Assembly: GCA_905178155.1 (NCBI GenBank)
Contig: CAJINV010000025.1
Location: 338,516-343,747, forward strand
Origin: Amoebophrya sp. A120
Taxonomy: Eukaryota; Protista; Dinoflagellata
DNA length: 5,232 nucleotides
Direction: 5' to 3'
Below are positions 1-5,232 of this stretch, piece after piece. The position numbers and the translations under genes were made by a program. The notes beneath the pieces were generated by a model that was given only the letters and a program-made list of their open reading frames with translations, was not told the DNA's origin and ran no database searches. The number at the start of each line of letters is the position of its first letter. The first letter of the stretch is position 1.

Positions 1-183
1 TTTTGCTCCATATTAGCCTTAAAAACGCTATACTCACGGAGTTTTTGAATCGCATTACCGATCGGAGATCATCAGCTATACTTGTACCACCATCGATCGC
101 TCTACTTTCCGTATAGCAGTTTTGGCCCAAGAAGTTTTTAGTGTGTTGACCACTAACCGAGTGTATGATTAAGTTTGAACTAG

Positions 184-215
184 AAACCCTAAAACCCTAG
201 AACCCATTAAACCCT
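184..215. repeat. Short degenerate telomere-like (CCCTAAA/TTTAGGG-type) repeat tract
   Basis: AAACCCT AAAACCCT AGAACCC ATT AAACCCT: four units, one degenerate. Confidence 0.55.
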
Positions 216-242
216 GAGAAGCCCGGCCTCGACGCACGCCCA

Positions 243-271
243 TCTTGTCGCTCATATTATGAGCGACAAGA
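243..271. repeat. Perfect palindrome, 14-bp arms, 1-nt centre
   Basis: TCTTGTCGCTCATA-T-TATGAGCGACAAGA. Extends to 237-276 (CGCCC/GGGCG) with one bulged A. Confidence 0.95.
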
Positions 272-278
272 GGGCGAC

Positions 279-325
279 AAAATATGCATGTAGGGATTAT
301 GACATAATCCCTACATGCATATTTT
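279..325. repeat. Perfect palindrome, 23-bp arms, 1-nt centre
   Basis: AAAATATGCATGTAGGGATTATG-A-CATAATCCCTACATGCATATTTT. Confidence 0.95.
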
Positions 326-417
326 TCGAAAACCGAGTGTATGATTAAGTAAATAGATTACCGAAGAACATCCTACTTCCAGGAAATCGTGCCTGAGAGG
401 ACATCAACACTTTTCCA

Positions 418-436
418 ATGGTTACGTCTCGTCGTG
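418..436 (+). CDS. Exon 1 (MVTSRR), supplies the start codon
   Basis: ATG GTT ACG TCT CGT CGT G joins in frame to 807 (GA TTG CCC TGC TGG) across the TCGTG direct repeat. ORF 809..2182 otherwise has only a TTG start. Confidence 0.7.
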
Positions 437-3400
437 TATCAACTGCAAATATGTCTGGGTCTGGAAGATTCTGAGATTTGGAATGTACGTTTAGCATGGG
501 GGATAATGTCTGTAATGCATGCCGTAGCATCACAGACTTTTCGAGGGCTTCGCGCTGCCTATTCCGCATGACATCAAATGCCCTAGATCTCCTGCGTCCG
601 AAGCTGCTTGCGGCGACGGTGCAAAGGTTTTTGATGAGGTGCAGGCGGGTATGCATGACAATTGCGCTCTCCGCGTAGCCAAGGGTTGCATAATTCCCTT
701 TGCATATGCTGGTCATGCAATACAAATTTTTTTGGAATCCAAATGGAGCATCACAAGTTCGGATTCTTCCAGACCCAGACGAGACATTTTTGCATTTGAT
801 ATCGTGGATTGCCCTGCTGGGCGATTGCCGTGCTGGTCGCGGTACTAGGGGGAGCTGTCCTTATCGCTGTTGTTGTTACAACGACTGTGGTCATTGTCCT
901 ACAACGGGCAGGGCAGGCAAACGAAAACGAGGAACAACAAGTGTCATGGCCATGGGGGCAGAGGACAAGGCATAATGAAATCCCGACTGGCCGGAGGAAT
1001 CATAATGAAGTCCCGACTGGCCCCCCAGCTGGACTTCGATTGTCATGGCCATGGGGGCAGAGGAGTCATAATGAAATCCCGACTGGCCCCCCACCTGCAC
1101 CACCGCCGCGGCCAGCGCCTGGCCCCCAACCACCTGCACCACCGCCGCGGCCAGCGCCTGGCCCCCAACCTGCACCACCGCCGCGGCCAGCGCCTGGCCC
1201 CCAACCACCTGCACCACCGCCGCGGCCAATAGTACCCCCGTTATCTGCAGACACACAGCTCGTGATCCAGCATGCGGGGCTGAACGCGTTGTGCCAGTCG
1301 CCGGACGTGTTGGAGTGCAGGCAGTGGACGAGGACGCAACAAGGAGGCACGGCTACGGCTAGTCAAGAACATCAAGGCACAGCATCAACTGCTACGACAA
1401 CGAACGCCCCAAGTTCCTCCGACTCGACTTACTATGTGTCCGTCGACATGAAGAAGAATGTTGGCGCTTCTGCAAATAACGGCGCGGACGATGAAGATGG
1501 CTTCACCATTGAACTCGATCTTCCTGCTGGCGTGTTTTACGATGGACGTTATCCGGGTATACCCGCGTACCAGTCGGGCAAGTACATCGTGAGAAGCCGA
1601 AGATTGCGGCCCTCCTATGTCCGGCGCGACCCGGATCTGGCACAGTTCTCTCCCATTCGTTCCCAGCGCATGGGCTGGGCGGACGCAGAGCTTACGCTTC
1701 CCGGCGCGAGGACTAGTACGACGACCGGTTCTACTGCTGGTACTACTGGTGGAGCCATCGATAATAATGCGCCACCAGCAACGACAGCGCCACGACCAAT
1801 AAATACGATCCCAATTTTCCTGAAATTTGACGAGCTCGACTTTCGCAACGATGACCGCGCCAAGGATTTTCTGCACAACGCTGAAAAAATCTCGGATGTT
1901 TGCCACAGGGTTGCGCTGGGTCTTTCCCCGCTCCCAGCATTCCCAAGCCTAGAAAAGGAGTTCGGAAATTATGGTAGTAGCGCCACGACTTCTTCACAAT
2001 GGCAGCCACATGTTCTTGCAGGCGAACGCTTGAGGCGATTGTTTCGGATGCGGCCCGTTCCTGCTCCGGCCATCATCTCCGTAATCGGTCCGCCCGGCAA
2101 AGAGACCGGCTGTTATCCTGTGCAAAAGTATCGTACTCGTAGTAATTGCAGCAGTGCATTACAAATCTTGTTTCCAAGGTAAATCAGCATGACAAATTCC
2201 ATTTGTCACGCTGAGCAAATTTGTCATGCGATTTCTACTAGTACGATACTTTTGCAGTTCATAGCTGTGGCTTTTTGACGATGTTGGAAAAGGCTGATAG
2301 TGACAACGAGTCCTCGCCGTCGCCGGCGTCACCAACTACAACGCCAGCCGCACCTGCTGGACGAGCAAGCAGCCCCGTTCTGGCTCGGCGGTCGATGCTA
2401 TCCCAGTGCACAACCTCGTCCCCTCTCCCTCATTTCTCATGCAAAATACCAATTCCACACGTTCTCTCCTGACACTATTAATACTTATAACAAGTTCTGG
2501 TAGCTCAAATAGCACTATAATCCAGTGCAAATTTTTTGTCATGCAGAACCGGCATTCTTGCTGATGCTTGTATTGCCGTTCATGCAATGCAAATGAGGGG
2601 GAGGGCGGGGAGTTGTGCACTGTCATAAATGCCCTTGAGCGACGTGCTGCGGCGAGTCAAGGAGGCCCGAGAAAGTGCAGGCGGCTATCAAATGTAAAAA
2701 TGTCTGGGTCTGGAAGATGCAACTTGTGATGCTGCATTTGGATTCCAGAAAAATCTGTATTGCATGAGTTGTACTAAAGGGAGTGCAATTTTTGCTACGC
2801 TGAGAAGGCATTTGTCATGCGGAATAGGCATCAAGAAGTCCTCAGAAAATCTGTATTGCTAGGGTATGCATCACAGATCGATCATGGCTCGTCATGCAAA
2901 ACATGCATGACAAGTGTCAGAATCTTCCAGACCCAGACATTTTTGCATTTGATAGCGGCGCCACAACTACATTTCTGCAGCGGCCGGGGGCAGCAGCACC
3001 AGCACCAGCAGCGGCTCGACCACCAGCGAACACAACTACTATGTTGACACAAGCCTCGACTGCGGCAGATATTGACGACGCCCTGCAGGCTCTCTTTACG
3101 GACACGTCGACTACCGACTTTGTGCAGCAGCTGTACACGGAGCTGGTGCGAAACTTGCGGACAATGGACCGGTCGGGTTTTTTATACATCGACGTGCACG
3201 GCTTGAACACCTTGGTGCACTTTGAGCTTGTAGAAGTAGCAGACTCCTCGCAGCCCCGGGCCCCACCTGTCGCGGCTCCCGTTGTACAACTGCGGTATGA
3301 ACTGTCCCTGGTAGATTACAAAACCCTGTTGTACATGCGGTCTGCGCAGAAAGGTTTTGGTGGGCGGGATGACAGCGGCTTGGTCCTCAATAACACGAGC

Positions 3401-4097
3401 GGACGAGACAGCAGGCTGCTGCACGAAAAACTTCTTTTCGAGGTGGCGAGGACAGCGCCAACGCATTCCACAGTAACCTCCAACCCGGTTCTTGCACCTG
3501 ATTTGCACAGACCGCGGCCACAGACCGTACGAACCCTTTTCGCTTTGACGAAGTTACCAACCCAATGGGGTGGCGCACGTGGCCACATCAAGAATTTGTT
3601 TTATCCCCTGCGCCACAGTCGCCGCGATCCGAATAATGCGGGCCGATCCTGTAAAGCCTATGGTGACGAACTGTATCCCTGGGACCAATGGGCTCCGGAC
3701 GCGGTCCCAACGGGCCCGATGGCGGACGAGCCGGTTGCGTACGACCTGCTTAGTGGCATCATGGAGGACATAGCTTTCGGTTACGCGATTGTGGGCCACG
3801 CGTTCAAGGACCTCCTCACCTTTGAACAGAAAGAAGAGATCGAGATAGCCGTGCTAGAGGAAGACATTGCCGCCGGCGTCTACCAGAACATTCCAGCCGA
3901 CGCGCNACCTCCTCACCTTTGAACAGAAAGAAGAGATCGAGATAGCCGTGCTAGAGGAAGACATTGCCGCCGGCGTCTACCAGAACATTCCAGCCGACGC
4001 GCATTACGCGGCCCCGGCGGGAGGACAGCCTAGGGAGGAGATGGACCGGAACCGCATACGAGAGCGGAATAGCTGCCTAAGGGAGCGCAGCCGGTAA
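418..4097 (+). CDS. Reconstructed 5-exon gene, ~849 aa hypothetical membrane-anchored protein with Pro-rich and Thr/Ala-rich linkers; join(418..436,807..2113,2269..2398,2633..2685,2960..3905,4003..4097)
   Basis: Removing four TIR elements plus one TSD copy each gives 2550 nt (850 codons including TAA 4095-4097) with no internal stop. ATG 418 is the first ATG after an in-frame TGA at 394. Junction peptides are MVTSRR-G-LPCW, KETGC-GFLTML, ARRSM-P-LSDV and ESAGG-ATTTF. The N-terminus MVTSRRGLPCW precedes a long hydrophobic stretch (AIAVLVAVLGGAVLIAVVVTTTVVIVL). I recognise no domain. Exon borders can slide within the TSDs. Confidence 0.8.
437..801. mobile_element. MITE-like / introner element, family A copy 1 (365 bp), putative non-canonical intron 1
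   Basis: Left TIR 437-468 TATCAACTGCAAATATGTCTGGGTCTGGAAGA. Right TIR 765-801 TCTTCCAGACCCAGAC(GAGAC)ATTTTTGCATTTGATA. TSD TCGTG at 432-436 and 802-806. Confidence 0.92.
807..2113 (+). CDS. Exon 2: transmembrane helix, SWPWGQR/HNEIPTG repeats, Pro-rich repeats, Thr-rich linkers and an unrecognised globular region
   Basis: Corresponds to ORF 809..2182. The last 22 codons of that ORF (YPVQKY...LFPR) are read-through into the TIR element that starts at 2114. Confidence 0.85.
942..1092 (+). repeat. Coding direct repeats: SWPWGQR x2 and HNE(I/V)PTG x3
   Basis: TGTCATGGCCATGGGGGCAGAGGA at 942 and 1041. CATAATGAA(A/G)TCCCGACTGGCC at 971, 1001 and 1067. Confidence 0.9.
1085..1228 (+). repeat. Coding tandem repeat, 36-39 bp unit (GPQPPAPPPRPAP), about 3.5 copies
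   Basis: Near-identical units containing CCTGCACCACCGCCGCGGCCA four times. Length differences are whole codons. Confidence 0.95.
2114..2263. mobile_element. MITE-like / introner element, family B (150 bp), putative non-canonical intron 2
   Basis: 37-bp imperfect TIRs 2114-2150 and 2227-2263 (30/37 by hand), with a perfect 17-bp core TGCAAAAGTATCGTACT (2121-2137 / 2240-2256). TSD GCTGT at 2109-2113 and 2264-2268. Internal hairpin 2184-2214. Confidence 0.9.
2269..2398 (+). CDS. Exon 3 (GFLTMLEKADSDNESSPSPASPTTTPAAPAGRASSPVLARRSM)
   Basis: GC-rich segment between two TIR elements. It is in the frame of ORF 2275..2472 and in phase with exons 2 and 4. Confidence 0.75.
2399..2627. mobile_element. 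MITE-like / introner element, family C (229 bp), putative non-canonical intron 3
   Basis: 37-bp imperfect TIRs 2399-2435 and 2591-2627 (29/37 by hand; core CAGTGCACAAC / GTTGTGCACTG). TSD GATGC 2394-2398 / AATGC 2628-2632, one mismatch. Confidence 0.85.
2633..2685 (+). CDS. Exon 4, 53 nt (PLSDVLRRVKEARESAGG)
   Basis: Open, GC-rich segment between two TIR elements, in phase on both sides. Too short for the ORF track. Confidence 0.75.
2686..2954. mobile_element. MITE-like / introner element, family A copy 2 (269 bp), inverted relative to copy 1, putative non-canonical intron 4
   Basis: TIRs 2686-2718 and 2922-2954 (33 bp, one mismatch). TSD GCGGC at 2681-2685 and 2955-2959. Subterminal 2721-2766 is the reverse-complement homologue of about 714-759 in copy 1. 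Confidence 0.93.
2960..4097 (+). CDS. Exon 5, C-terminal region (ATTTFLQR...CLRERSR*)
   Basis: ORF 2894..3922 minus its element-derived first 22 codons, continued by the 3' part of ORF 3867..4097 once the 96-bp duplication and N (3906-4002) are collapsed. Confidence 0.8.
3810..4002. other. 96-bp exact tandem duplication separated by one N; probable scaffolding artefact
   Basis: 3810-3905 is identical to 3907-4002, with N at 3906. Collapsing it restores the reading frame (...IPADAHYAAP...). Confidence 0.88.
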
Positions 4098-4890
4098 GTA
4101 GCGAATGTGACCCATTGCGTGAATGCGAAGAGGACGAAAGCTGTGATCGTGTATTATTCAAAGTCTAATTGGAATTTCGAAACTCTAGAGATACACAAGA
4201 AGATGACCGTGGTCGACGATTCTTATATTACTATTTTTAAAAATGCGACATTTTGATTTTGGTGCTTGGAAGTAGCAGTATGCTATTACGATGCAGGATT
4301 TCTTTTTGTTAATCCGCGTCGGGGTTGAAAGCGGTGCTTTCTTCTCGCGAGGTTTGCGCTACTTCAGAAAAGCACATTGTTGCTAAACACAACAATAACG
4401 CGACATAAGAAAGATGAAACGTGTATGATTTTTACTTTTTCCCATTGGCCAGCTCCTTGGCCGTTTTTCAGAAAGGGAGCGAAGAGACTGAGTAGCGAAT
4501 GTGCTGACCCACACGACCCATTGCGTGAATTATGCGGAGACGAAAGCCGTGATGGTGTATTTTGAGGATTTTTGTTAATGGTATCAAATGTAAAAATGTC
4601 TGGGTCTGGAAGAATGCATGTTTGTCATGCTTGTCTGGCATGACTCTGAAATCTGTCGTGCACGTTACCCAAGAGCGCCACTTTTCTGTCATGCAGAAAC
4701 GCAGTTTGTCATGCAGAATAGGCAACACCTAGAAGCTCAGAGACTTCTCATGCTGAGCCAGCACCTGCGGCGTCCTCATGATATGCCACCCAGCATCACA
4801 AGTTTCCAGACTCAGACATTTTTACATTTGGTAAATGGACGTCGTCAACGATTTCGGTTGAAAGCTGAGCTTTCTTCTCGCGGTGTTTTT
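4097..4890. repeat. Diverged direct duplication in the 3' flank (about 4097-4355 vs 4491-4890)
   Basis: Shared blocks in the same order: AGTAGCGAATGTG, GACCCATTGCGTGAAT, GACGAAAGCYGTGATSGTGTATT, TTTTTGTTAAT, GGTTGAAAGC and GCTTTCTTCTCGCG. Confidence 0.8.
4582..4833. mobile_element. MITE-like / introner element, family A copy 3 (252 bp), downstream of the stop codon
   Basis: TIRs 4582-4611 and 4804-4833 (30 bp, two mismatches; right end is GTA rather than ATA). TSD AATGG at 4577-4581 and 4834-4838. Confidence 0.92.
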
Positions 4891-4942
4891 TGTTGAGGAT
4901 TACTATTACTATCTATTATATTCATGCGAAAATATTGGTCTA

Positions 4943-5232
4943 GAGAGGGTAAACGAGAGGTGGCCGGGAGGTAAAAAAGAGGTCAAAAGAGGTCAAAAAG
5001 AGGGCGACAGAGGTGGAGAGGTGGCGCGGGAGGCAGTTCGAGAGGGTGCGCGAGAGGTGGCGCGAGTATAGCCCGCCGAACCGGTCGCCCTTTAGGGCCG
5101 CTAAGCGCCTCGGAGGGTGCCGAGAGGTAGAAAAGAGTGCGGGCGAGAGGTGGACAGAGGTGCCGAGAGGTTGCGCGAATAAGGGGCGACCTCCCGCGGA
5201 CCCTCTTGGCCACCTCTCGGCCACCTCTGTCG
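4943..5232. repeat. Degenerate ~11-bp GAGAGGT-type minisatellite with an orientation switch; runs off the window end
   Basis: About 16 GAGG cores between 4945 and 5170, mostly 10-12 bp apart, then CCTC cores at 5190, 5202, 5213 and 5224. Confidence 0.8.

Larger units (their letters stand above)
155..350. repeat. Perfect 20-bp direct repeat enclosing a 156-bp structured cassette
   Basis: AACCGAGTGTATGATTAAGT at 155-174 and 331-350. Confidence 0.9.

Noticed and set aside
21-123. Imperfect inverted repeat AAAACGCTATAC (22-33) / GTATAGCAGTTTT (111-123)
   Set aside because: Short and bulged, with no clear TSD or TAT...ATA ends. It may be an old element but cannot be supported.
243-325. Palindromes as rho-independent terminators
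   Set aside because: Single-base loops, very long arms, a eukaryotic context and a position upstream of the gene do not fit.
345-975. ORFs 345..725(-), 389..571, 478..678, 639..848 and 700..975
   Set aside because: They lie mostly within element A1. Shared peptides such as QNLPDPDIFA and FQTQTFLHL in several ORFs are just translations of the family A TIR.
870-2009. Overlapping alternate-frame and antisense ORFs (870..1232, 891..1256, 1066..1350, 1385..1906, 1615..1878, 1617..1802, 1743..2009)
   Set aside because: Shadows of the GC-rich, repetitive exon 2 with no independent coding signal.
2629-2631. ATG 2629 (or ATG 2281) as the start of a separate second gene
   Set aside because: ATG 2629 is part of the TSD of element C, and the frame continues upstream through exons 3 and 2 once elements are removed. 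Not strictly excluded without transcripts.
2894-2959. ATG 2894 as the start of an independent 342-aa gene
   Set aside because: The first 22 codons come from the A2 element and its TSD, and upstream exons join in frame at 2960.
4094-4099. Canonical donor-like G/GTAAGT overlapping the stop codon
   Set aside because: It could extend the gene, but I found no convincing downstream exon. The following DNA is AT-rich and part of a decayed duplication, so TAA 4095-4097 is kept as the stop.
4152-4288. Extra ~135 bp in the first duplication copy, flanked by TATTA (4152-4156, 4284-4288)
   Set aside because: No terminal inverted repeats or octamer motif, and TATTA is likely by chance in AT-rich DNA.
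437-4833. CRISPR array or bacterial REP/IS interpretation of the recurring ~32-bp sequence
   Set aside because: Copies occur as inverted pairs 250-365 bp apart with 5-bp TSDs, not as direct repeats with spacers. No cas or transposase gene is present.
4377-5224. Short ORFs in the 3' region (4377..4565, 4468..4728, 4618..4896, 4883..5071, 4940..5224, 4983..5213)
   Set aside because: They derive from the duplication, element A3 or the minisatellite, and show no recognisable protein features.

Overview
Eukaryotic-looking genomic DNA holding one + strand gene that the ORF track shows only as fragments. Five short non-coding elements (150-365 bp) have 30-37 bp terminal inverted repeats (TAT...ATA ends) and 5-bp flanking direct repeats (TSDs): 437-801, 2114-2263, 2399-2627, 2686-2954 and 4582-4833. 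They fall into three related families. Four interrupt the coding sequence. Removing each with one TSD copy fuses exons 418-436, 807-2113, 2269-2398, 2633-2685 and 2960-4097 into one stop-free ORF of about 849 aa, after collapsing a 96-bp assembly duplication at the N (3906). The product is a membrane-anchored, Pro/Thr-rich protein of unknown function. No frame-restoring junction is GT-AG, GC-AG or AT-AC, and two copies of one family lie in opposite orientations. These therefore look like MITE-derived non-canonical introns (introner elements), resembling those described in the parasitic dinoflagellate Amoebophrya; the host assignment is my inference. Also present: a cassette of telomere-like repeats and two perfect palindromes between 20-bp direct repeats (155-350), a diverged duplication that provides an empty-site paralog, and an ~11-bp GAGG minisatellite that flips strand near the window end.
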